Source of the DNA: Planctomycetota bacterium
Lineage (GTDB): Bacteria > Planctomycetota > B15-G4 > JADJEK01
Length of the DNA: 55,660 nucleotides
Assembly (NCBI GenBank): GCA_043802345.1
Contig: JAZDLC010000258.1
Location: 1 to 55,660 of the forward strand
Reading direction: 5' to 3'
Every line of letters starts with the position of its first letter. Within the stretch, counting starts at the first letter, position 1. Positions 1 to 9,352 of this stretch are shown here, piece by piece. A model generated the notes under the pieces. The model saw only the letters and a list, made by a program, of their open reading frames with translations. It was not told the DNA's origin and ran no database searches. A program made the translations under genes and the position numbers.

Positions 1-66
1 TGAATGTGGGGCGCCACGGAGCTTCAGGATTCGGGGTGGGTGTGACGCGGCTGGGGGGGGCGTTGA

Positions 67-2217
67 TCAGTCGGTCTGGAGGATCCGGTTCGTGTCTGCC
101 AGCGAGCGCAGGGCCTGGAGGGCGCGGCAGGCCTGGTTGGCGTCGAGGCGGGTAGTGGGGAGCTTCCGGGTGGCGATCAGCATCAGGTCGACGGCGCTTG
201 CTCGGCCTGCCCGCCCCATGCCGTTCACCAGATCATCTCCGAAGTAGACCTTCTTCGAGAAGGCACCGTCCTCATCCCGGGCGTCTCGCATCAGGAACTC
301 GGCCGCGAGGTCCAGGGAGGCTCTGGCCTGCCCGTCGCCCGTGCGAAGGTGGTGACGGTAGAGCGCCTCCATGGTGATCCCGGCGGTGACCCAGGGTGTC
401 GGTGCGAAGACGGCTCCCGTCTCTTCTCGGGCGGGGTCGATGCGGAAGTAGCCACGCTGGTCCTGGGTCCGGATCAGATCTCGAATCAGCCGGCGGGAGA
501 TCCCGGCCGAATCGGGATTCGGCGCCAGGAGTTGCAGGTCTTCCAGCGCCAGAATGCTCCAGCCGTACGACCGTTCCGCCCGAAATGACGCGCCATCGCC
601 GCAGACATCGGCCAGGGCGCGCCGCAGCTCCTCGGCCGCGGAGAGCCACTCCGGTTCCCCCAGGACCATGCACCCGAGCACCAATCCAGCGGCCCAGACG
701 TGGCCCGCCTCGAACGTCTCCGACCGGTGTTCCGCGCCATGCATCCACGGAAAACCGACCGGCGCCCCCTTCTCTCCGCGGGAGAAGTCATGCGTCACGA
801 GGTGGCAGAGCTGGTCCCGCGCCAGGGTCAATGACCGGCCGTCACCGTTTTCGAGGTAGCGCAGCATGAAGGCCGCGGCCGGGTCGTACTCGAGGTTCGC
901 GAATCCGTCCAGGTAGCGGTAGTCCCCGTAGTCCGTCATGCCGGCCTCCGAGACGAGGGCCTCCTCCACAACCCGCAGCAGCAGCGGCGCCGCCCCGGCA
1001 AGCGCTCCATCCTCCTCGCCCGGCAGCGGCGAGAGCCCGGGCATGACTTCCTGCTGGTTGAGCAGGCCGGGAAGGGAAGGCAGGTGCTCCCGCGTCAGGC
1101 AGGGGAGCACCCGGGAGCGGGCCGCCCTGGAGAATGCGGCAAGCGCGAAATCGCAGCGATACGACTGCCCCGCCTCCAGGAAGAACGGTCCCGCGTACAG
1201 CGCGAGACGCAGGTCGCCTGGCGGCATTGCCTCCAGCATCCGGGGGGCGTTCGGGAGCATCCTCGACACTGCCATGGCCACCGCCGCGCAGGGTGAACCA
1301 GACAGGAGCAGACCTGCGCGGCGGGCGGGGTCGAGAACGAGCCGCTCGCCGGCGGCCAATCCGAGCAGCCGCCGGCCGTCCAGGGCCGCCACCTGCGCGC
1401 CCCTCCGTTCCAGTGCCAGGCGGGAACCGGTGCCGAGAATCTCCACCGCAGGAGTGTGCCCCAGCTCGAGCGGAAGCTCAAAGCAGAGATCCTCCGCCAG
1501 CCCGCAATCGCTGAGAGCCTCCACGGTCAACTCGAGTTCCACAATCGCGGAACCCGCCAGGAACGCCAGCCCGATCCGGTAGCTCGCCGCGGCGTCTCCC
1601 TCGGGGCCGGTCAGCAATCCCCTCACGGTCACACAGCACCGGATCGGTCCCCGCTGCGAGACCCCCACGGCCCGGCTCGTCTCGAACTCGCTCGAGAAGA
1701 GCCCCGCGCCCGCCGATACCAGAACCCGCGCCGGCCGGCTCGGCGAGTGAAGCGCGCAGCCACCCACCCGCAGTGAATCGATCAGATCGGGTCCCACCCG
1801 GGAGAGCGCCAGCTCCAGGGCGCCCGTATCCACCGTGACACCACCGTTCCGCTCGGTCACACGCAGCCGCTTCGAGGGTGGCGGCGAGGCCCCCTTGACC
1901 ACCTCCAGCCGCGCCGCCGAGCGGGTCAGCCGGCTCGGAACCTCCGCCACGAGCCGCAGGCTTCGCACCGACCGGTCCGCGTACTCCGAGGTCCCCCACG
2001 CCTGTGTCGGGTGCCTCGCCCCGGATCCCGAACGCAGGCAAATTTCCTTCTGATTCGCCGCGAGAGCGCCCTTTGGGAGGAAGACGAAGCCGGACAGCAG
2101 GCAGGTTGGGCCCAGATCGACCCGGGTCCCTTCCGGCGCCAGCGTAATCTGCGGCCAGCCTTCGCCAGCCAGGAATCGAAGAAGAACAAGCACCAGACAG
2201 AAGTTGAGAGTGTTCAT
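67..2217 (-). CDS. Secreted hypothetical protein (716 aa); possible glycan-active enzyme, family not recognised
   Basis: Dominant frame of ORF 67..2262(-). The internal ATG at 2217 gives a signal-peptide-like N-terminus (MNTLNFCLVLVLLRFLAG). Third-position GC is high. The C-terminal half has W/H/E-rich helical segments (FPWMHGAEHRSETFEAGHVWAAGLVLG) reminiscent of alpha/alpha-toroid enzymes, but I cannot name a family. Confidence 0.6.
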   Translation of the reverse strand: MNTLNFCLVLVLLRFLAGEGWPQITLAPEGTRVDLGPTCLLSGFVFLPKGALAANQKEICLRSGSGARHPTQAWGTSEYADRSVRSLRLVAEVPSRLTRSAARLEVVKGASPPPSKRLRVTERNGGVTVDTGALELALSRVGPDLIDSLRVGGCALHSPSRPARVLVSAGAGLFSSEFETSRAVGVSQRGPIRCCVTVRGLLTGPEGDAAASYRIGLAFLAGSAIVELELTVEALSDCGLAEDLCFELPLELGHTPAVEILGTGSRLALERRGAQVAALDGRRLLGLAAGERLVLDPARRAGLLLSGSPCAAVAMAVSRMLPNAPRMLEAMPPGDLRLALYAGPFFLEAGQSYRCDFALAAFSRAARSRVLPCLTREHLPSLPGLLNQQEVMPGLSPLPGEEDGALAGAAPLLLRVVEEALVSEAGMTDYGDYRYLDGFANLEYDPAAAFMLRYLENGDGRSLTLARDQLCHLVTHDFSRGEKGAPVGFPWMHGAEHRSETFEAGHVWAAGLVLGCMVLGEPEWLSAAEELRRALADVCGDGASFRAERSYGWSILALEDLQLLAPNPDSAGISRRLIRDLIRTQDQRGYFRIDPAREETGAVFAPTPWVTAGITMEALYRHHLRTGDGQARASLDLAAEFLMRDARDEDGAFSKKVYFGDDLVNGMGRAGRASAVDLMLIATRKLPTTRLDANQACRALQALRSLADTNRILQTD

Positions 2218-2341
2218 GTCCGATAGGGACGATGTGGCGGGCGCCCGGGTACGGCTACCCACTCCCTTGCCCTCCGCCCGCTACAGGGTAGAATGGGTCA
2301 CTCGGCCTGCAGGAACAGCACCTTCAACGGGATAGCGACAA

Positions 2342-2482
2342 ATGGGTGAATTCTGGAAGTTCCTCATGGAAAACAAGGCCTGGTGGATCACCCCCACGGT
2401 GGTGATCATCCTTGGCCTGGTAGCCCTGATCTGGCTCACCGACGGTGAGAGCATCGCACCGTTCGTCTACAACCTTTTCTGA
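2342..2482 (+). CDS. DUF5989-like 46-aa single-pass membrane microprotein
   Basis: Hand translation gives MGEFWKFLMENKAWWITPTVVIILGLVALIWLTDGESIAPFVYNLF*. It is below the ORF-track length cutoff. The pattern (amphipathic start, W-W, one TM helix, C-terminal IAPFVYxLF) matches my recollection of the DUF5989 family consensus. Confidence 0.6.
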   Translation: MGEFWKFLMENKAWWITPTVVIILGLVALIWLTDGESIAPFVYNLF

Positions 2483-2521
2483 GACCTCCCCATCCCTGTC
2501 GAACGGCGGGCGACCATACCT

Positions 2522-3151
2522 TTGCGACTGGCCCTTTTCGGCGGCTCTTTTGACCCGGTGCATCTGGGCCATCTGCACGTGGCGGACTGCGCCCGCCGCC
2601 ACTTCGGCTTCGACCTGATTCACTTTCTTCCGGCCCTGATCCCGCCCCACAAGCAGGACCGCGTGCTGCTGCCGATCGCGCAACGGCTCGAACTCCTGCG
2701 AGCCGCCCTGGCGGACGAGCCCCGCTGCCGCATCGAAGAGAGCGAAATCCGGTCCGGAGGGAACTCGTATACCCTCGACACCCTGACCAGGCTGCAGTCG
2801 GCCCTTCCCCTTCACGCCCGACTCTTCTTCCTGATTGGCGGCGATTCCCTGGTCGACCTGCCCGCCTGGTACCGCGCCGGCGAGTTGATCCGGCGCTTCA
2901 CCTTGGTCACGGTGCCGCGAGAATCGGGGCAGTCTCCAGCAGACCTGCTGAAGCCCCTTCAAGGCGCGTTCTCTCGCGAGGATCTCGACCGGCTGGAGCG
3001 GCACATCCTGCCCGTCACGCCACTCCCGATTTCATCCACGGACATCAGGGAGAGAATCAGGCAGGGGCTGCCGATCGAAGATCTGGTCCCCGCAGCCGTG
3101 TCCCGGCTCATCCGCGAGAAGGGGTACTACTCAGCCGGCTCCGCGGGTTGA
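2522..3151 (+). CDS. nadD: Nicotinate-nucleotide adenylyltransferase
   Basis: The N-terminus MRLALFGGSFDPVHLGHL carries the (H/T)xGH nucleotidyltransferase motif in typical NadD context. The 209-aa length fits, and ISSTDIRERI near the C-terminus matches the NadD ISST motif. The start is TTG at 2522. Confidence 0.85.
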   Translation: MRLALFGGSFDPVHLGHLHVADCARRHFGFDLIHFLPALIPPHKQDRVLLPIAQRLELLRAALADEPRCRIEESEIRSGGNSYTLDTLTRLQSALPLHARLFFLIGGDSLVDLPAWYRAGELIRRFTLVTVPRESGQSPADLLKPLQGAFSREDLDRLERHILPVTPLPISSTDIRERIRQGLPIEDLVPAAVSRLIREKGYYSAGSAG

Positions 3152-4680
3152 GCCCCCGCCTCCCCGTCCCGGATCACCATCGTCCCGGCCATCAGATCCC
3201 CCAGCCTCTGGCGCCTTCTCGTGAAGGTGACCAGCGCCATCCCGACCAGCCCGAACGACCAGAACCAGTCGAGCAGCAACATCAGCGAGCGCGTGGTCGC
3301 GGCGCCCGCCGAGGGCGCCGCGCCGTTCAACGCCACCACCCTCAGACCCAGCAACGACTTCCCCGGAGACCGGCCGAACGCCAGGTCGGCGAACGCCAAT
3401 ACGCCCGTGAACAGGAGAACGAACAGCAGCATGGCGTCCTGCAGCATCGCATCCAGCGCCGCACTGATGATGACCCTGCTGTCGCCGGCCTGCTGCGCCC
3501 CCTCCATGGCTCCCTGGAACGAGAAGTCGACATACTCGAGTTCGTTCGGATCGAGCACCCTGTAGTAGACGACGCTGAAAAGGAAGAACAGGAGCACCAC
3601 ATCCACCGCGAAGGCCAGAATCCTGCGCACAAGCCCCGCCGGCTTCAGCATGACCGCCGCCGCCTCGGGCTCGCCCGCGGCCGGGTGGGTCCGCCGGACA
3701 TCGCGCAGCCTCCGGCTGAAGAGACCCAGCAGCACGAACAGCCCGACCTGCAGCCCCAACGGCTTCTCGAACCGGCTCCAGTTGGCGGCCCAGGCGACCA
3801 GGAACATCGGGCGAGAACCGGGCTCCTCGACCCGGGCCGCTGAAACGATCCGCAGCGAGTCACCCTCGGCAACGAGCGCCACCAGAGACTCATCCCGCGA
3901 GCCTCGCCGATCCGATTCGGCCACACCGACGAGCCGGGCTCCATCGCCAACCGACAGTTGCCTCCGCCTGACCGGAAGTACCGGCGACCCGTCCTCGCCC
4001 AGGGCGACCCGAACCAGATCGGTCTCGCCGTCATCAGTCCGGTCCAGAAGCCATGCCTCCGGGAGCTCCCCCGCCGCGAAGAGCACCAGCCCGTCTCCCG
4101 CCGACCGCAGGCGAACCGAGCCTCGCCAGCTCAATCTCTCCCCGCTCACCACACCCGTCCAGAGCTCCATGCCCGCTCTCAGCACGACGTGGAAGCGCCC
4201 CACCCCGGCCAACCCCACCGCCACCTCTTCGCCGCGAACAGGCTCCCCCGCATCCGGCGGCGCCAGCTCCTGGAATCCGACTCCGTCGAACAGAGTCAGA
4301 CCGAGGGTGCCATCCTCCTCCAACCCCGCGATCAGCGCCTTGTTCCCGTCCGAAGCCGCGTCAAGGACCCGTTCGGTCAGGTCTCGCCCCAGGAAGCGGT
4401 CGATCTCGAACGCCGGATTCGCAGAAGGCTCTTCAAGGTTCTCGGACAGCGCGGTCGCCCCGTCCGCGCCGAACAGATACAGCTTCCCATCCACGCGGGC
4501 CGACGCCCCGGCCGCCCGCTGGAGATACGTCGATCCCAGGGGCCGCAACTGGTCATCCAGCCGCACCAGCTCCACGAACGACGAATCCTCGCCGCTTTGA
4601 GCCAGGAACAGAACCTGTTCCCCCGGCGCGGCGCCCCGAATGGAGCGCACGAGCCCCGGGGCTGGAGGCATGCTCGTCAT
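3127..4680 (-). CDS. RDD-family membrane protein with a large unknown N-terminal domain (517 aa)
   Basis: The C-terminal third has several TM helices and RDD-like features (RRILAFAVDVVLLFFLF ... GKSLLGLRVV ... RRQRLGDLMAGTMVI). I did not recognise the N-terminal ~290 aa. Its 3' end overlaps the nadD 3' end convergently by 25 nt. Confidence 0.75.
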   Translation of the reverse strand: MTSMPPAPGLVRSIRGAAPGEQVLFLAQSGEDSSFVELVRLDDQLRPLGSTYLQRAAGASARVDGKLYLFGADGATALSENLEEPSANPAFEIDRFLGRDLTERVLDAASDGNKALIAGLEEDGTLGLTLFDGVGFQELAPPDAGEPVRGEEVAVGLAGVGRFHVVLRAGMELWTGVVSGERLSWRGSVRLRSAGDGLVLFAAGELPEAWLLDRTDDGETDLVRVALGEDGSPVLPVRRRQLSVGDGARLVGVAESDRRGSRDESLVALVAEGDSLRIVSAARVEEPGSRPMFLVAWAANWSRFEKPLGLQVGLFVLLGLFSRRLRDVRRTHPAAGEPEAAAVMLKPAGLVRRILAFAVDVVLLFFLFSVVYYRVLDPNELEYVDFSFQGAMEGAQQAGDSRVIISAALDAMLQDAMLLFVLLFTGVLAFADLAFGRSPGKSLLGLRVVALNGAAPSAGAATTRSLMLLLDWFWSFGLVGMALVTFTRRRQRLGDLMAGTMVIRDGEAGAQPAEPAE

Positions 4681-4752
4681 CCCGTAGGCAAGCAGGCCTG
4701 CTTCGGCCAGAAGGAGCAGCAGCGGTGCGAGTCGAATGGTCTTGCTCAGCCT

Positions 4753-6312
4753 TCAGGAGTCGTAGTGAATACCGGCGCGGTCGTCCAGCCGGGGCTTCGG
4801 TGCCGGGAGGATCCCGTATTGCTGAAGCAAGGAGCCCTGAGCCGCGCCGAGCGACGCCCGGGCGATCTGGAAGCCGAACAGCGCCCGCAATTCAGCGTCC
4901 TTGGCTTCCTGCCAGGACGCCTGTGCGTCCCGCACCTGGAAGGTCGTGGAGTATCCCACCTCCTGACGCTTCTGCTCGGCGTTCCATCGCTCCTCCGCCA
5001 GGCGGACCGCCTCGTGAGCCGCATCAATTTCTTCCTTCCGGTTGCGGACTTCCCGCACACCGTTCCGAACCTCCTGGATAACCTGATTCTCCATGTTCTT
5101 GTATTCCAGCAAGGCGCGGATCTTCCGCAGGCGGGCCGCGGCCAACCCGTACCGGGCCGTCCGGTTGCCGATCGGCATCTCCATCGAGACCCCCGCGGTG
5201 ATGGTGTAGAACTCGTCGTCGTAGTTGAGAACCTCACCCTTCGAAGCCGCCAGCTGGTTGAAGCGCAGGGAAGCATTCAAGTCGAATTGCGGCAGCGTCT
5301 GGTTCTCCGCCACCAGGATGTCCAGATCGTTGTTCTTCAGGAACTCCCGCTGCCGGAGAAGCTCCGGCCTCTGCTCCAGCGCCACCTGGGCCGCATCCTG
5401 CCACGCGGGCACATCAAAGATCTCCTCGGACGCCTCGGTGAGAGGAATCAGGTCCACTTCCCATTCGTCCCGCTCATCGAACGGGAAGACCAACCGCTTC
5501 AGCGCGTCCGCCGTGCGTCCGATCTCGTTGCGGGCCGTGATCAACTCCTGATTCCTGGCGGCCAGATCCGACTCCGCCTCGACCACATCCAGCTTGCGGG
5601 CGTCCCCCACTTCGAGCTTCTTCTGGTTGATCCGGACCAGCTTCTGCGCCTGGTCCACCAGGAAGCTCCTGGTTTCCACGTTCTTGCGGGCGAAGTAATA
5701 CTCCCAGTAGGCCGAGATCACCTCGGCCGCGCGCAGGATCCGGCTCTCCTCCAGCACCTCCGCGGCGCCCATCATGGCGTTCCGGGCGCTCAGGATCCCC
5801 GCCTTGTTGACCGCGGTCCCGAAGTTCCGCAGCAGCGGCTGGATGAACGAGAGCCCGATGTCCGAGCGGTACTCCGGGTTGAACCCGCCGAAGGTACCCG
5901 CGCTCGTCATCGACTTGCTCCAGTTCACGTCCGCCTGGTAGGAGGCGCCGTTCAGCAGCGTGCCCCGGAAGCCGGTGTTCAACACATGGCTCTTCCGCAG
6001 GATGCCGGTGATCACCACCTCCGGAGAAGCGGCGCCAGGCCCGAAGAGATCACCCCGCGCCAGGGCGGAGGCGGTCGGGTTGATGTCCTTGGTGAAGGTG
6101 TAGTTCAGGAACGCGACCGTGTCGAAGGTGCCGAGAGTCCCGCCCAGCTCCGCCTTCGAGATCTGCACGTCCACCTGATCCATCCGGAGCGCGAGCGAAT
6201 TCTTCTCCGCCAGATAGATGCACTGCTGCATCGTGATCGGCATGGTGACCACGCTGCCCGGCTCCTCCGCCGGAAACAGCAAAGCGCAGAAGACCAGGAT
6301 CGGATTCATCAT
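4753..6312 (-). CDS. TolC-family outer membrane efflux/channel protein
   Basis: 519 aa with a signal peptide (MMNPILVFCALLFPA). It has the two-fold repeated helical/beta architecture and typical OEP phrasing (ITMQQCIYLAEKNSLALRMDQVDVQISKAELGG ... ARASLGAAQGSLL). Confidence 0.85.
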   Translation of the reverse strand: MMNPILVFCALLFPAEEPGSVVTMPITMQQCIYLAEKNSLALRMDQVDVQISKAELGGTLGTFDTVAFLNYTFTKDINPTASALARGDLFGPGAASPEVVITGILRKSHVLNTGFRGTLLNGASYQADVNWSKSMTSAGTFGGFNPEYRSDIGLSFIQPLLRNFGTAVNKAGILSARNAMMGAAEVLEESRILRAAEVISAYWEYYFARKNVETRSFLVDQAQKLVRINQKKLEVGDARKLDVVEAESDLAARNQELITARNEIGRTADALKRLVFPFDERDEWEVDLIPLTEASEEIFDVPAWQDAAQVALEQRPELLRQREFLKNNDLDILVAENQTLPQFDLNASLRFNQLAASKGEVLNYDDEFYTITAGVSMEMPIGNRTARYGLAAARLRKIRALLEYKNMENQVIQEVRNGVREVRNRKEEIDAAHEAVRLAEERWNAEQKRQEVGYSTTFQVRDAQASWQEAKDAELRALFGFQIARASLGAAQGSLLQQYGILPAPKPRLDDRAGIHYDS

Positions 6313-6318
6313 CCTTCT

Positions 6319-6969
6319 CTACCTCTCGATCCGGATTCCGAGCTTCTCCAGAATCCGGCGCAGTTCTCGCCTGAACGTGGGCGACGCATCCTTGCCAAAC
6401 ACCTCGACCAGGCGTGCCTTCTCAGCCGGTCCGAACAGACTCCGGTGCATCTCTACGAACGGAGCCAGCTCCGCGAGAGCATTCCACTTGATGAAAAGCT
6501 CCGGATCACCCACGTTCTTCAGCAGAATCGACCGAATCTCCAGCGCGCGCTTCTTGCTGTCCTTGATCTGATCGGCCTCCAGGAACTCCCGCAGGACCTT
6601 CAGCTTGGCCGCAAAGTCCCGCTCGCCCCGGGCGATCCGGTTGACCACGGTCAGCCGCCCGCTCTCCTGGAAGCGGTCCAGGAACATCAGGTAGCTCACC
6701 CCCACGCTGAACTGCCCCGGCGCCGTCAGCACCACCAACTCCCGTTCGGTCGCGTCCCCGCGGAAGACCTCCAGAACCTCGAAGTGGGCTACCGACACTC
6801 CCCGGCCCGCCAGGATGACCGAGGTCGGCTTCGCCTCGACCACCACTTTCGACTTCTTCAGGGTCTGCTCCCCGAACGTCCGGAACTCGAACCGCTCCCG
6901 CACGACCCTCGGAGTTTCCTCCTGGGCGAACAGAATCCCGGTCAAGAGCAGCAGGCAGCTCGCGAGCAT
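6319..6969 (-). CDS. Secreted hypothetical protein (216 aa)
   Basis: Signal-like N-terminus MLASCLLLLTGILFAQE and coding-type codon bias. It lies 7 nt upstream of the TolC-like gene in the same operon. No family recognised. Confidence 0.6.
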   Translation of the reverse strand: MLASCLLLLTGILFAQEETPRVVRERFEFRTFGEQTLKKSKVVVEAKPTSVILAGRGVSVAHFEVLEVFRGDATERELVVLTAPGQFSVGVSYLMFLDRFQESGRLTVVNRIARGERDFAAKLKVLREFLEADQIKDSKKRALEIRSILLKNVGDPELFIKWNALAELAPFVEMHRSLFGPAEKARLVEVFGKDASPTFRRELRRILEKLGIRIER

Positions 6970-7011
6970 CCCGCGATTGTACAGAACGGCCCCTGCAATG
7001 ACACCGGGCCC

Positions 7012-8652
7012 CTACCGCGCGATTCGCTCCTCCACCGAGAGGATCATCACGGAAAGCGCGGTCTCGTACAGATCGCCGCCCATCGACCCCACCGGATCCC
7101 AGTGGAACGTCTGATTCCAGGATCCGTCCTCATTCTGGGTCGAAAGCAGCTCCTCGGTGGCCGCGGTCTCCCAGCGATCCCAGTCCACTCCTCCCCGGCC
7201 CAGCAGGTCGAGCGCAGCGAAGAAGATCTTGGTCGGCTCCCGGAGCGATTCCTGCCGCAGGTGCTGGAGCAGCAGGTCGGCAGGCGGCTCGTATCGGCCC
7301 GAGTCCCGGACGCTGTCAAACAGCGGATCGAGCGCGGAGGCGCACGCGATCGCGCAGAGCTGGTCACCCGGCGTGAGGGCGAGTCCGGTCGCTGGATCAA
7401 GGTCCACCAGCAGGGCGACGAACGATTGGGCGTCCTCCGCCGCCCGCTCCAGGTCGATCACGGCCGGCACGCCGGCGGCCCGGGCCGTCTCCAGCGCCAG
7501 GGCGACCCAGGGAGCGGTGATGTTGTCCGCGGTCTGGCGCTCCCGGAACTTCCGCCGGGCGCCCAGGTCTTCCAGGCGCTCCAGCGCGTCCGCGAGCAGC
7601 GCCGCATCCGACCCCGGGCTCAGCAGGTAGTGCTCGGCAAACGCCAGGGTCGCCACGGCATGGTTGAACAGGACCACGTCCTCGTCTCCCCGAACGGCGC
7701 CGATGGTCCGATCCGCCGTGACCGAGGCGCGCAGGAAGGAGAGCCCCCGGTCCACATGCTGCCGGTACAGACCGCCGGGAATCCCCCGCTCCGCGTTGAC
7801 CAGGAAGGCCAGCACGCACAGTCCGGTCATGCCGACCCGGGCCTCCCGTTCGCCGTGGAAGGCGGCCGGATCCCACGAGCCATCCTCCTCCTGCGCCTCC
7901 GCCAGGAAACGCAGGCTCCGCAAGACCGCCCGGTCCACCGGGCGATCACCGCGCTGGCCGAAGCGGTGCCGCATGCGGAACCGGGCCTGGACGAACAGGT
8001 TCTCCCGCGAGGTCTGCGCCTTCGCCTCCCGGACCAACGCGGTCGAAAGCGTCTCCTCCGGCGGCTCCGGAACCGGCAGCGGCGAATCGGGCGGCTCGAT
8101 GTACACGTCCTGCGCCCTGGGTGGAGACAGCGACTCCAGAGCCACGAGCGACGGCCGTTCGGACAGTTTCGCTTCTTCCTCCTGGCCCGATTCCGGCCCA
8201 GGCTGCCCTTCCTCGACCCTCTCCGCGGTCGCCTGGACCGCCTCCGGATCAACCTGCCGCGCACTGCTCCACGCCAGGAAGCCCAGGAACGCCACCAGAT
8301 GAATCGCCGCGGCCGTCAGCAACACCCGCAGGCCAAAAGAGGTGGAAACCCGGAATCTTGCGTACGCCGCCAGCGAGGCGACGCGATCGATGAAGCCCGC
8401 TTCACTGAGCAGCTGCTCATCCTCGAGGCGCTGCTCCTGGCCGAGGCGCCGGGTGAGCCGAGCCCGGAACGAATGCGAGGCCGGCTGCTCCGCCACGTTC
8501 CTCACCAGCCGCAGCAGGCGCTCCAGCTCGGAAGCCTCGGCGTCGCAGCTCTCGCACTCGCGGCGATGCTGCTGGAATCCGGCCACCAGGTCGGGATCCT
8601 CCTGCCCCAGCACCAGATGAACCGTCTGGCCCTCATACCTGCGACATCTCAT
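7012..8652 (-). CDS. Anti-sigma factor (zf-HC2) with periplasmic prenyltransferase/terpene-cyclase-like repeat domain
   Basis: It has an N-terminal HxxxCxxC motif (HRRECESC) and a single TM helix (LRVLLTAAAIHLVAFLGFLAW). The C-terminal region carries repeated DGSW motifs (EEDGSWDPAAF, NEDGSWNQTF). Its ATG overlaps the sigma-factor stop (ATGA at 8649-8652). Confidence 0.75.
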   Translation of the reverse strand: MRCRRYEGQTVHLVLGQEDPDLVAGFQQHRRECESCDAEASELERLLRLVRNVAEQPASHSFRARLTRRLGQEQRLEDEQLLSEAGFIDRVASLAAYARFRVSTSFGLRVLLTAAAIHLVAFLGFLAWSSARQVDPEAVQATAERVEEGQPGPESGQEEEAKLSERPSLVALESLSPPRAQDVYIEPPDSPLPVPEPPEETLSTALVREAKAQTSRENLFVQARFRMRHRFGQRGDRPVDRAVLRSLRFLAEAQEEDGSWDPAAFHGEREARVGMTGLCVLAFLVNAERGIPGGLYRQHVDRGLSFLRASVTADRTIGAVRGDEDVVLFNHAVATLAFAEHYLLSPGSDAALLADALERLEDLGARRKFRERQTADNITAPWVALALETARAAGVPAVIDLERAAEDAQSFVALLVDLDPATGLALTPGDQLCAIACASALDPLFDSVRDSGRYEPPADLLLQHLRQESLREPTKIFFAALDLLGRGGVDWDRWETAATEELLSTQNEDGSWNQTFHWDPVGSMGGDLYETALSVMILSVEERIAR

Positions 8653-9251
8653 TCAGGCGCCTCGCTTTCGCCCGAGCCCATCAGGCGCCGCAGATTCTGC
8701 ACCGCCGCGTGGACCCGGGACTTCACGGTCCCGATCGGAATCCCGAGGACCTCCGCCACCTGCTCGTACTTCATTCCCTGACCTCCGGCCAGCGCCAGAA
8801 CCGACTGCTGGATCTGCGGGAGCTGGGCCATGGCAACCTGCAACTGCGCCAGATCCTCCTCGTGGGACAACCGCTCGCCGGGCTGCTCGTCCTCCGCGGC
8901 AAGACGCTTTCCCAGCGAGGGCCCCGCCGGCTCGGCATCACTCTCTTCCGCCCGATCATCCAACGCTCGTTCCTCCGGCCGCACCTTTCGACTCCTGTAG
9001 ACGTCGATCCAGTAGTTCTTCGCGATCCGGAACAGGAACGTCGCCAGCGCCGCATCGGGCGAGTAGGACTCCCGTGCCCTGTAAAGCCGGATGAAGACCT
9101 CCTGCGCGCAGTCCTCGGACAGATGCCGATCGCCCGAGAAACTGAAGAAGTACCCGATGAGCCGTCGCTCGTATCGTTCCACGATCCGGTCGAAAGCGGA
9201 CTCATCGCCCTCGCGCAGCCGAATCAGCAGTTCCGAATCGCGTCGGTCCAT
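8649..9251 (-). CDS. ECF-type RNA polymerase sigma-70 factor
   Basis: 200 aa with region 2 (LIGYFFSFSGDRHLSEDCAQEVFIRLY ... FLFRIAKNYWIDVYR) and a region 4 HTH (MKYEQVAEVLGIPIGTVKSRVHAAVQNLR). Confidence 0.9.
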   Translation of the reverse strand: MDRRDSELLIRLREGDESAFDRIVERYERRLIGYFFSFSGDRHLSEDCAQEVFIRLYRARESYSPDAALATFLFRIAKNYWIDVYRSRKVRPEERALDDRAEESDAEPAGPSLGKRLAAEDEQPGERLSHEEDLAQLQVAMAQLPQIQQSVLALAGGQGMKYEQVAEVLGIPIGTVKSRVHAAVQNLRRLMGSGESEAPE

Positions 9252-9270
9252 TCAAGTCCCGTCCCAAGCA

Positions 9271-9296
9271 AACGGCTCGCGGGCGCATCGGTTCAG
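9271..9296 (-). promoter_or_regulatory. Candidate ECF-type (autoregulated) promoter
   Basis: The minus strand reads TGAACC-N16-CGTT, about 20 nt upstream of the sigma gene ATG (9251), and resembles the GAAC-N16/17-CGT ECF consensus. The spacing to the start codon is tight, so this is weak. Confidence 0.3.
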
Positions 9297-9352
9297 CGGA
9301 AACTGAGGAGTCCGAAGTAATTGCCATGTCCGGACTTGCGCTTGTGGTGCCC

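Noticed and set aside
2324-3004. A 226-codon minus-strand ORF
   Set aside because: It is antisense to nadD and to the DUF5989-like microprotein. The composition is G/R/P/Q-rich and no motifs are present.
3958-8781. A 1607-codon stop-free ORF on the plus strand, the longest in this part of the window
   Set aside because: It runs antisense across four or five minus-strand genes that each have recognisable motifs (RDD, TolC, zf-HC2 anti-sigma, ECF sigma). Its translation is R/P/L/Q/H-rich low complexity with no motif. Long antisense ORFs are expected in GC-rich DNA because stop codons are AT-rich.
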